From Gaiellales bacterium (GTDB taxonomy: Bacteria > Actinomycetota > Thermoleophilia > RBG-16-64-13): 64,000 nt of DNA. Both the position numbers and the translations under genes were made by a program. Location: contig JAAYAL010000016.1 of assembly GCA_012719395.1 (NCBI GenBank), positions 3,166-67,165 of the forward strand, written 5' to 3'. Under the pieces are notes generated by a model. The model had not been told where the DNA came from. It did no database searches and saw only the letters and a program-made list of their open reading frames with translations. This document shows, in pieces, positions 30,978 to 39,043 of the stretch (its first letter is position 1; every line of letters begins with the position of its first letter).

Positions 30978-32117
30978 ATGAGTGAGAGAACGGGCCGGGC
31001 GCCGGAGCTGCGGCGCCTGGCCGTCATCGGCGTGGGCCTCATGGGAGGGAGCCTGGCGCTTGCCGCGCGCGACCGGTGGCCGGGGTTGCACGTGGCCGGA
31101 TACGACGTGGAGTCTGCGGCGCTGGAAGAGGCCGCAAGTCTGGGCGTGATCACCCAGACTTGCGGCAGCGCGGCCGAGGCGGCGGCCGGCGCGGATCTGG
31201 TCGTCATCTCCACGCCCGTGCGCAGCATCCCACATCTTCTGCGAGAGTGCCTGGGGGCCGCCCCGGCGCCCTGGTTGGTGACGGACCTGGGCAGCACCAA
31301 GACGGGGATGCTCTCGCGTATAGAACCGGAGCAGCGAAGCTCGGTGGTCGGTGGGCACCCCATGTGTGGCGCGGAGACGGCGGGCGTGAAGTATGCCCGA
31401 CCGGACCTGTTCCGCGGCGCCACCTATTTTCTGTGCGCACCGCGCGAGCTCCTGGCCCAGAAGTACCACTTCATGCACAGCTTCGTCCAACGTGTCGGTG
31501 CGAACCCCATGCCCATCGAGGCCAAGGCACATGATCGCATCATGGCCCTCATCAGCCACGTGCCACATGTCATTGCCAACGTGATCATGTCCGAGGTGGG
31601 CGGCTTCGAGCTGGGCGGGCGGCGGGCGCTCTATTGTGCCGGCCCCAGCTTCCGCGACCTGACCCGAGTGGCCGGTGCCAACCCGCAGATGTGGCGGGAG
31701 ATCTTCATGGAGAACCGCGAGGCGCTGACCAGCTCACTGCGGGCAGTGGCCGATGATATCGGCCGATTCTGCGACGCCTTGGCTCGGGGTGACGAGGAGG
31801 CGGTGAAGGAGTCGATCGGCACTGCGGTGAGGTACAGGCGGGAACTGCTGCAGAAGGGCGACATTGAAGCGGCCACCCTCTACCAGGTGACGGTCCGCAT
31901 TCCTGACCAGCCCGGCCTTCTGTCCCGCGTCATGACGGCCTTGGGCGACACCGGTGTCAACATCGAAGACCTCACCCTGCACCACTACAGCCGGCGGGCA
32001 GGGGGTGACCTTGTGCTCTATGTGGCGGGCGAGCAGATCGCCAACTCCACTGTCTCTGTGCTGGAGGGGCTGGGTTACCCAGCGGTGGCCATCCCGGCCA
32101 GTGAAGCCTCGGACTAG
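30978..32117 (+). CDS. tyrA: Prephenate dehydrogenase with C-terminal ACT domain
   Basis: GVGLMGGS Rossmann motif, DLGSTK, GGHPMCG, HDRIMA.ISH.PH, RDLTRVAG; C-terminal IPDQPGLL ACT domain. Confidence 0.93.
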   Translation: MSERTGRAPELRRLAVIGVGLMGGSLALAARDRWPGLHVAGYDVESAALEEAASLGVITQTCGSAAEAAAGADLVVISTPVRSIPHLLRECLGAAPAPWLVTDLGSTKTGMLSRIEPEQRSSVVGGHPMCGAETAGVKYARPDLFRGATYFLCAPRELLAQKYHFMHSFVQRVGANPMPIEAKAHDRIMALISHVPHVIANVIMSEVGGFELGGRRALYCAGPSFRDLTRVAGANPQMWREIFMENREALTSSLRAVADDIGRFCDALARGDEEAVKESIGTAVRYRRELLQKGDIEAATLYQVTVRIPDQPGLLSRVMTALGDTGVNIEDLTLHHYSRRAGGDLVLYVAGEQIANSTVSVLEGLGYPAVAIPASEASD

Positions 32118-32131
32118 GGAAAGGAGCCCTC

Positions 32132-33457
32132 GTGGAAGGCACATTATTTCTCCCCGTCGGCCCCCTGCGCGGTGTCACCCGCGTTCCCGGCGACAAGTCC
32201 ATATCGCACCGCGCAGTGCTCCTGGGAGCGGTCAACGCCGGGCCGGTGGAGGTGACGGGTTTCCTGCGCTCGGCCGATACGTTGGCCACGGTGCGCGCCG
32301 CCCGCGCATTGGGCGTCACCGTAGAGGAGCACGGACCGGGCGGCGAGGACCTCACGGTGCACGGCCTGGGCTGGGAGGGGCTGCGGGAGCCGGTTGACAT
32401 CATCGACGTGTGCAACGCCGGTACCCTGATCCGGCTGCTGCCTGGACTCCTGGCCTCCACGGACATGTTCTGCGTTCTCACCGGGGACGAGAGCATACGC
32501 CGCCGCCCCATGGCGCGCGTGCTCGAACCGCTTGCACTCATGGGGGCATCCACCTGGGCCCGCGGCGGCGGCCGTCTGCCTCCGGCCGCGCTGTGCGGCG
32601 GCCGTCTGCACGGCATTGAGTACACCATGCCGGTGGCTTCGGCGCAGATCAAGTCCTGCCTCATCCTGGCGGGCCTGCGTGCGGACGGCGTCACCGTCAT
32701 CCACGAGCCGGGGCCCTCGCGAGACCATACGGAGACCATGGTCCGCTACGGTGGGGCTCAGGTGCAACGAGAGGGTGACCCGCTTGGGGCCGGGAACACC
32801 ATCGTACACCCGCTGCCGGGCGACCTGAACCTGGGCCCTATCGCAGTACCCGGAGACTTCAGCTCCGCAGCCTTCCTGCTGGTGGCGGCCCTGCTCGTGC
32901 CGGGCTCGCGGCTCACGGTGGACAGGGTGGGGCTGAACCCCACTCGCACCGGCCTGGTGCAGGCGCTGGAGGCCATGGGGGCCAGGGTGCGGGTGGTGGT
33001 GGAGGATGTGGCCGGGCCGGAGCCTTTGGGGTCTTTGACCACCTCTCAGCAGGAGCTCACAGCCGTTGATATCGGCCCGGATCTGGTCCCTCTCATGATC
33101 GATGAAGTCCCCATCTGGGCTTTGGCGGCTGCGCGTGCACGCGGGATCTCGCGCCTGCGGGGAGCATCGGAGCTGAGGGTCAAGGAGAGCGATCGGCTGG
33201 CGGCCACCGCGGAGCTGCTCCGCGCCTTGGGAGTCCGAGTGAAGGAAGTGGAAGACGGCCTGGACATAGAAGGACGGCCCGAGGGATGGACAAGAGGCAT
33301 GGTGCGATCTCGGGCGGATCATCGCTTGGCCATGGTGGGTGCCGTGGCCGGCTTGGCCTCCGATGAAGGCGTGGAGGTGGACGACGCCGCCTGCATGTCG
33401 GTCTCCTTCCCCGATTTCGCTGCTACCATTCGGTCCGTGAGCACGCCTGGTCGATAA
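32132..33457 (+). CDS. aroA: 3-phosphoshikimate 1-carboxyvinyltransferase (EPSP synthase)
   Basis: PGDKSISHRA, NAGTLIRL, RPM.RV, ASAQIKS, SRDHTE, ELRVKESDR, DHRLAM. Confidence 0.97.
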   Translation: MEGTLFLPVGPLRGVTRVPGDKSISHRAVLLGAVNAGPVEVTGFLRSADTLATVRAARALGVTVEEHGPGGEDLTVHGLGWEGLREPVDIIDVCNAGTLIRLLPGLLASTDMFCVLTGDESIRRRPMARVLEPLALMGASTWARGGGRLPPAALCGGRLHGIEYTMPVASAQIKSCLILAGLRADGVTVIHEPGPSRDHTETMVRYGGAQVQREGDPLGAGNTIVHPLPGDLNLGPIAVPGDFSSAAFLLVAALLVPGSRLTVDRVGLNPTRTGLVQALEAMGARVRVVVEDVAGPEPLGSLTTSQQELTAVDIGPDLVPLMIDEVPIWALAAARARGISRLRGASELRVKESDRLAATAELLRALGVRVKEVEDGLDIEGRPEGWTRGMVRSRADHRLAMVGAVAGLASDEGVEVDDAACMSVSFPDFAATIRSVSTPGR

Positions 33458-33492
33458 GGATGAGCCGAGTCATGAGGGAGCGGCTGTAGCGC

Positions 33493-34188
33493 ATGGTTGT
33501 CACCGTTGACGGCCCCGCCGGGTCGGGGAAGAGCACCATCGCCCGCAGGGTGGCCACGCGGCTGGGCTTCACCTACCTCGATACCGGGGCCATGTATCGT
33601 GCCGTGACGCTCGCGGCGTTGGAGAAAGGCGTCCCGCTGGGAGATGGGCCCGAGCTGGGCCGGCTGGCGTCGCGCCTCCAGTTGAGGCTGGACGACGCCG
33701 GGCCGGCGCCCAGCGGCGAGAGCCAGAGCCGCGTCTTCCTCGGCCCGCGTGACGTGTCACTGGAGGTACGCAGCCCGGAGGTGACGGCAGCCGTCTCCGA
33801 GGTATCAGCCCATGCCGCCGTGAGATCGGCCATGACTGAACTGCAGCGCCGCCTGGCCGGCAGAGGCCAGACAGTGATGGAGGGACGGGACACGGGGACG
33901 GTGGTGTGGCCCGAGGCGGAGGTGAAGGTCTTCCTCACGGCTTCTCCTGAGGAACGGGCACGTAGACGCCTGCTGCAGTTGAAAGCTCGAGGGCTGACCG
34001 CAGAGCAGGAGCAGGTGAAGAGGGAAATGCTCCGGCGAGATGCCTGGGATTCGGGCCGGGAGGTGGCCCCCCTGCGCAAGGCGGAAGACGCGGTGGAGAT
34101 CGATACCTCCCACCTGACCATCGAGCAGGTGGTGGAGAGGGTGGTGGTTCTGGTGAAGGAGGCGAAGGCGAAGGGGGGAGCAGTCTAG
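33493..34188 (+). CDS. cmk: Cytidylate kinase
   Basis: VDGPAGSGKST, YLDTGAMYR, EGRDTGT, KVFLTAS.EERARRR, RD..D..R..APL. Confidence 0.96.
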   Translation: MVVTVDGPAGSGKSTIARRVATRLGFTYLDTGAMYRAVTLAALEKGVPLGDGPELGRLASRLQLRLDDAGPAPSGESQSRVFLGPRDVSLEVRSPEVTAAVSEVSAHAAVRSAMTELQRRLAGRGQTVMEGRDTGTVVWPEAEVKVFLTASPEERARRRLLQLKARGLTAEQEQVKREMLRRDAWDSGREVAPLRKAEDAVEIDTSHLTIEQVVERVVVLVKEAKAKGGAV

Positions 34189-34192
34189 ACTC

Positions 34193-34834
34193 ATGCAGCA
34201 TGACCCGCTCGACACGCCGCTGTACCGCTTCGCCCACATCGCCCTTTTCGTCTTGTGGCGCATCCTCTTTCGTTTCACCATCGTGGGGTCGGAGTCGTTC
34301 CCCCGTGAAGGACCGGTGGTCCTGGCCGGGAACCACATCTCCAACCTTGATCCTCTGTTCCTGGGTGCGGCCTGTCCACGCCAGATCCACTTCATGGCCA
34401 AGTCGGAACTGTGGGAGGTCCCACTACTGCGACGGTTGGTGGATGGGCTGGGAGCTTTCAAGGTCCGACGCGGCGCGGCCGACCGTGAGGCCGTGCGTGC
34501 CGGCATCGCCATCCTGGACGCAGGAGCGGTGATGGGCATTTTCCCCGAAGGGCATCGGCAGCGGACGGGAAGGCTGGGCCGCCCCCTCCCCGGTGTAGGG
34601 CTCTTCTCGCTGCGTCCCGGAGTGGCAACGGTCCCGGTGGTCATCACCGGCACCAACCGCATCCTGCGTGCGTGGCCGCCGTTCCCACGTGTGACGGTGC
34701 GTTTCGGTGCCCCTCTGGACTTGGCAGCACTGTCTCTCGATCGATCCCATCGCAACCGAGAGGTCACCAACCGCATCATGCAGGGGCTGGCCGCTCTGTT
34801 GGGACAGGACTGCAGCGACACGTGGGATGACTGA
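34193..34834 (+). CDS. plsC: 1-acyl-sn-glycerol-3-phosphate acyltransferase
   Basis: NHISNLD (HX4D), FMAKSEL, IFPEGHR. Confidence 0.9.
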   Translation: MQHDPLDTPLYRFAHIALFVLWRILFRFTIVGSESFPREGPVVLAGNHISNLDPLFLGAACPRQIHFMAKSELWEVPLLRRLVDGLGAFKVRRGAADREAVRAGIAILDAGAVMGIFPEGHRQRTGRLGRPLPGVGLFSLRPGVATVPVVITGTNRILRAWPPFPRVTVRFGAPLDLAALSLDRSHRNREVTNRIMQGLAALLGQDCSDTWDD

Positions 34835-35678
34835 GTCCTTGGAGATTCGGGTGGCACAGTTCGCCGGGTTCTGTTGGGGTGTGGAGAGGGCGCTGGAGAT
34901 TGCCCGCCAAGCGGCGGCCTCCGCGCCAAAGCCGGTGCGCAGCCTCGGTCCCCTCATCCACAACCCGGGCGTCATTCGCGATCTGGCCGGACAGGGGATT
35001 GAGGTGGCCGACCGGGCGGAGGACATCCTCTCCGGGACCGCCATCATCCGGTCCCATGGGGTGCAGCACCAGGTGCTGGAGGACCTGCGGACGCGTGCCA
35101 TCAACGTCTTGGACGCCACCTGCATCTTTGTGAAGGCGGCACAGGAGAAGGCGGCACGTCTGCGCGAACAGGGTTATCTGGTGATGATCTTGGGCGAGCC
35201 GGCACACCCGGAAGTGCTCGCGATCCGCTCGTACGCCGGCGCCGATGCGCTGGTGGTGGAAGGACCGGAGGATGTGCCCGCCAAGCTGTCCAAGGTACGT
35301 GTGGGCCTGGTGGTGCAAACCACTCAGGCTCCGGAACGCCTGGCGGCTCTGGTTGCCGCGGTGGCGCCACGGGTACGGGAATTGCGCGTCTACAACACCA
35401 TCTGCAGCGCCACCGAACAGCGCCAGCGGGCGGCGGTGGAAGTGGCAGGCGCGGTGGACGTGGTGGTGGTGGTGGGAGGGCGCAACTCGGGCAACACCAC
35501 GCGCTTGGCCGACCTCTGTCGTGCCGTCCAGCCACGGACCTACCACGTGGAGTCGGCCAAGGAGATCCGGGGAGAGTGGCTTGCAGGCTCTGCCAAGGTT
35601 GGTGTGACGGCCGGGGCCTCCACGCCGCAGGAACAGATTGACGCCGTCGTCCAACGGATCAGGGAGTTGCGGCCATGA
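34827..35678 (+). CDS. ispH: 4-hydroxy-3-methylbut-2-enyl diphosphate reductase
   Basis: AGFCWGVERA, IHN, IRSHG, DATC.FV, HPEV, QTT, NTIC.AT.QRQ, GGRNSGNT, GVTAGASTP; ATG at 34827. Confidence 0.95.
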   Translation: MTESLEIRVAQFAGFCWGVERALEIARQAAASAPKPVRSLGPLIHNPGVIRDLAGQGIEVADRAEDILSGTAIIRSHGVQHQVLEDLRTRAINVLDATCIFVKAAQEKAARLREQGYLVMILGEPAHPEVLAIRSYAGADALVVEGPEDVPAKLSKVRVGLVVQTTQAPERLAALVAAVAPRVRELRVYNTICSATEQRQRAAVEVAGAVDVVVVVGGRNSGNTTRLADLCRAVQPRTYHVESAKEIRGEWLAGSAKVGVTAGASTPQEQIDAVVQRIRELRP

Positions 35679-36994
35679 GCACCCTGCCACGCGTGGTTGT
35701 CATAGGCTATCCCAACGTGGGCAAATCGACTCTTTTCAACCGTGTCACCGGCACCCGTGACGCCGTGGTGGCTCCTCAGGCCGGAGTCACGCGGGACCGC
35801 AAAGAAGGCCTGGCTGAGTGGAGTGGCCGAGAATTCGTGCTGGTGGACACGGGCGGGCTGGATCTGCGTGCTGCTGAGCCCCTGGCGGAGAGCGTGCGCG
35901 ACCAGGCACGTCGGGGCATCGCCGAGTCGGACGCGGTGATCTTCCTTCTGGACGGCCGCGCCGGCGTGGGATCAGACGAGATGGAGATAGCCCGCCTGTT
36001 GCGACGGGGGAGTGTTCCGGTGGTGCTGGCGGTCAACAAGAGCGACACGAAGCTGGCCCAGGAGCGGGTGCATGAGTTCTGGGGGCTGGGTTTGGGCGAG
36101 CCCTATGCGGTATCGGCGGAGCACGGCCTGGGCGTGGGCGATCTGCTGGATGCAGTGGTCACCCTTCTGCCGCGTGAGCAGGATCTGACGGCAGAGCACC
36201 TACAGGGGGTGCGCGTGGCCATCGTGGGCAGACCAAATGTAGGGAAGAGCTCGTTGCTCAACGCCCTGCTCGGCAGTGAGCGCGTGATTGTGTCCAACAT
36301 CCCGGGCACCACCCGCGATTCCATCGACACCGAGCTTGTTTTCCGCGACACGCACCTGACTCTGGTTGACACTGCCGGTCTGCGTCGCAAGGGCCGCCGC
36401 GCCGAGGAATCGTTGGAGTTCTACAGCACGGTGCGTACCATGCAAACCCTGGAGCGGGCGGACGTGGCGCTGGTGCTGGCCGATGCCTCGGAAGGTCTGG
36501 TGGACCTCGACCTGCAGGTTGCCCACGAGGCGCAGCGCGCGCGCTGCGCCACCGCCGTGCTCCTCAACAAGTGGGATATCGGCAATCTGGACCTCGAGAA
36601 GGCACGTGAGCGCGTGGCCGCCAAGGTGCAGATGAAACCGCCCTGCATTCCCATTTCCTGCGTCACCGGACGCAACCTCCATCAGGTGTTGCCGTTGGTT
36701 CTGCGATTGCATGAGGCCTATCGCACTAGGATCCCTACGCCCGCCCTCAACCGCTGGCTGGCAGACATTCGGGCTCGGGGGGGGTTACCTCAGCGGTCCG
36801 GCAAGTCCATCAAGCTGTTCTACGTGGTCCAGTACGGCACAGCGCCGCCCCGCTTCAAGCTCATGGTGAACAGCCGAGCGCTCATGCACCGCAATTTCGC
36901 GTATTATCTTGAGAACCGGTTGCGCGATTCCTTCGGTCTTGCCGGTGTGCCGGTGATCATCGATTTCGAGGGCAAGGAGGAGCGCTTTTCGTGA
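35675..36994 (+). CDS. der: Ribosome biogenesis GTPase Der
   Basis: Tandem GTPase domains: GYPNVGKSTLFN/DTGG/NKSD and GRPNVGKSSL/DTAG/NKWD; C-terminal KH-like domain. Confidence 0.97.
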   Translation: MSTLPRVVVIGYPNVGKSTLFNRVTGTRDAVVAPQAGVTRDRKEGLAEWSGREFVLVDTGGLDLRAAEPLAESVRDQARRGIAESDAVIFLLDGRAGVGSDEMEIARLLRRGSVPVVLAVNKSDTKLAQERVHEFWGLGLGEPYAVSAEHGLGVGDLLDAVVTLLPREQDLTAEHLQGVRVAIVGRPNVGKSSLLNALLGSERVIVSNIPGTTRDSIDTELVFRDTHLTLVDTAGLRRKGRRAEESLEFYSTVRTMQTLERADVALVLADASEGLVDLDLQVAHEAQRARCATAVLLNKWDIGNLDLEKARERVAAKVQMKPPCIPISCVTGRNLHQVLPLVLRLHEAYRTRIPTPALNRWLADIRARGGLPQRSGKSIKLFYVVQYGTAPPRFKLMVNSRALMHRNFAYYLENRLRDSFGLAGVPVIIDFEGKEERFS

Positions 36995-37743
36995 CCAGCC
37001 CGTGGGTTGTGGCCGCCATGGTTGTGGGAGCGTATCTGCTCGGTTCCTTCTCGCCCAGCGTTGTCTTGGGGCGGCTCCTCAGGCACGTCGACCTCCGCCA
37101 CCACGGAAGCGGCAACCCCGGTACCACCAACGCCTTTCGGGTCCTGGGGACCAGTCTGGGCATCGTGGTCATGATCTGTGACATCCTCAAAGGCGTCGTG
37201 CCCGTGCTGGTTGCGCGCTGGTTGGGCTTCGGACCGCTGGTGATGACCATGGTGGGATTGGCGGCTATCGTGGGCCACAACTACTCCATCTTTCTCCGCG
37301 GGCGTGGCGGCAAGGGCATCGCCACCACCGGCGGGGTCATCATGGCGCTGATGCCGGGCATCGGCGTCCTCATCTGCCTGAGCTTCGCGGCCATGGTGCT
37401 GTTGTCCCGCATTGTTTCCGTGGGGTCCTTGTTTGCCACGGTCATGTTCGTGACCTGCACCGTGATCTTTGCACAGCCCTGGCCCTATATTGCCGGGTCG
37501 TGCCTGGCGGCGGCCTTCATCTGCTACGCGCACCGCGGCAATCTCCAACGATTGGCCAAGCGGCAGGAGCCGCACATCACTCTGCCGTGGGAGCAGGCCA
37601 AGCAGAAGGCGCGGAAGGTTCTGCCCGCGGGACGTGCCAAGGGGGTCAAGGTTGCCGCCGCCGTTCGCTCCAGGACGGGTACCGGCAAACGGGCTTCCCG
37701 GTCGAGGGCCGGCAAACGGGTGATCAGCCGAGAGTCGGGGTGA
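36991..37743 (+). CDS. plsY: Glycerol-3-phosphate acyltransferase PlsY with basic C-terminal tail
   Basis: YLLGS, GSGNPGTTN..R, DILKG, GHNYS.FL..RGGKGIAT, HRGNLQRL. Confidence 0.93.
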   Translation: MTSPWVVAAMVVGAYLLGSFSPSVVLGRLLRHVDLRHHGSGNPGTTNAFRVLGTSLGIVVMICDILKGVVPVLVARWLGFGPLVMTMVGLAAIVGHNYSIFLRGRGGKGIATTGGVIMALMPGIGVLICLSFAAMVLLSRIVSVGSLFATVMFVTCTVIFAQPWPYIAGSCLAAAFICYAHRGNLQRLAKRQEPHITLPWEQAKQKARKVLPAGRAKGVKVAAAVRSRTGTGKRASRSRAGKRVISRESG

Positions 37744-37747
37744 GCGG

Positions 37748-38764
37748 GTGCCTATGACTGGTTCCTTGTCTTGGCGCGTGGCCGTTGTGGGAGCAGGCAG
37801 CTGGGGGACAGCCGTGGCCCGCCATATGGCGCTCCGTGGAGCGGATACGTTCTTGCTGGCCCGGCGGTCCGATCATGCTCGCGCCATGGCCCACATCCGC
37901 CGCAACCCCGACTACCTGCGCAACGTGCCCCTGCCCGAATCGCTGCGGGTGGGAACGTACCCCGATTTTGACTTCAGCGATATCGACGTGGTGGTGTTGG
38001 CCGTGCCCAGCCGGGGCTACGCGGACGTGCTGCGGCAATTGGCGCCTCGGCTGCCGGTGGGTGTAGGCATCTTGAGCCTCACCAAAGGCTTGGAGCCGGG
38101 GACGCTGCGGCGCTTCAGCGTGGTGCTGAGGGAATCGTTGGCCGGGCTGGAACCACGGGTGGCCATCCTCAGTGGCCCCAATCATGCCGAGGAAGTGTCC
38201 CTGGACATGCCCACGGCCACCGTCATCTCCTCCAGTGACGCGGAGTTCGCCACCGGGCTCCAGGAACTGGTCACTGACGAGACCTTGCGGGCTTATGTCA
38301 ACCCGGACGTTGCCGGGGTGGAGATCGGCGCTGCCGTCAAGAACGTGATAGCCATCGCTACGGGCACGTCCGACGGCGTCGGTTACGGAGACAACACCAG
38401 GGCGGCCCTCATGACCCGCGGCCTGGCCGAGATGTCTCGTTTGGGGCAGGTGTTTGGCGCGGATCCCCTCACGTTTGCCGGACTGGCCGGGTTGGGAGAC
38501 CTCATCGCCACCTGTACCTCCCGGCACTCGCGCAACCGCTTGGCCGGCGAACTCATAGCCAAGGGCCACTCCCCGGCCGAGATCGAACTGGAGATGGGAA
38601 TGGTGGCCGAAGGCCTCACCGCTGCCACGGCCGTGCGCTCTTTGGCCCGCAGCGTGGGGTGCGACATGCCCATCACGGAGGCGGTGGCGGCTGTCATCTA
38701 TGAAGGCAAGCCGGTGCGGGAGGCGGTGCGGGACCTGATGAGCCGCCAGCCGCGCCCGGAGTAG
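37748..38764 (+). CDS. gpsA: NAD(P)H-dependent glycerol-3-phosphate dehydrogenase
   Basis: GAGSWGTA, TKGLE, LSGPNHA.E, KNVIAIA, LMTRGLAE, GLAGLGDLIATC.S..SRN; start 37748 or 37754. Confidence 0.96.
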   Translation: MPMTGSLSWRVAVVGAGSWGTAVARHMALRGADTFLLARRSDHARAMAHIRRNPDYLRNVPLPESLRVGTYPDFDFSDIDVVVLAVPSRGYADVLRQLAPRLPVGVGILSLTKGLEPGTLRRFSVVLRESLAGLEPRVAILSGPNHAEEVSLDMPTATVISSSDAEFATGLQELVTDETLRAYVNPDVAGVEIGAAVKNVIAIATGTSDGVGYGDNTRAALMTRGLAEMSRLGQVFGADPLTFAGLAGLGDLIATCTSRHSRNRLAGELIAKGHSPAEIELEMGMVAEGLTAATAVRSLARSVGCDMPITEAVAAVIYEGKPVREAVRDLMSRQPRPE

Positions 38765-38828
38765 GACGGCCGGCCGCGTGGGAGACTCCGCACGGCAACC
38801 ACCCTCGTCGAGAGACTACCGGCGGCCG

Positions 38829-38837
38829 TGCTATACT
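38829..38837 (+). promoter_or_regulatory. Extended -10 promoter of the tRNA-Pro gene
   Basis: TG-C-TATACT ending 12 nt upstream of the tRNA 5' end. Confidence 0.6.
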
Positions 38838-38848
38838 TCCGCCTGCGT

Positions 38849-38923
38849 CGGGACGTGGCGCAGCTTGGCTAGCGCATCCGGCTGGGGGCCGGAAGGCCGC
38901 CGGTTCGAATCCGGCCGTCCCGA
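38849..38923 (+). tRNA. tRNA-Pro (anticodon GGG), CCA not encoded
   Basis: Acceptor CGGGACG/CGTCCCG+A; D-arm GCGC-AGCTTGGCTA-GCGC; anticodon arm TCCGG-CTGGGGG-CCGGA; T-arm GCCGG-TTCGAAT-CCGGC; followed by CTT, not CCA. Confidence 0.96.
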
Positions 38924-39043
38924 CTTTCTTGTTTCCTCACCTCCTCGGTCCACTCAGGCCCCGCCTCGTTGCAGCGGCATGCGCCCGGTTCGTCATGTGG
39001 CCGGCGCGCGCTGCGTCCCACACCCCGGCCACGGGAGGCATCC

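Noticed and set aside
38849-38990. tRNA-Pro as a possible integration site
   Set aside because: No duplicated tRNA 3' end and no integrase nearby; flanking genes are core
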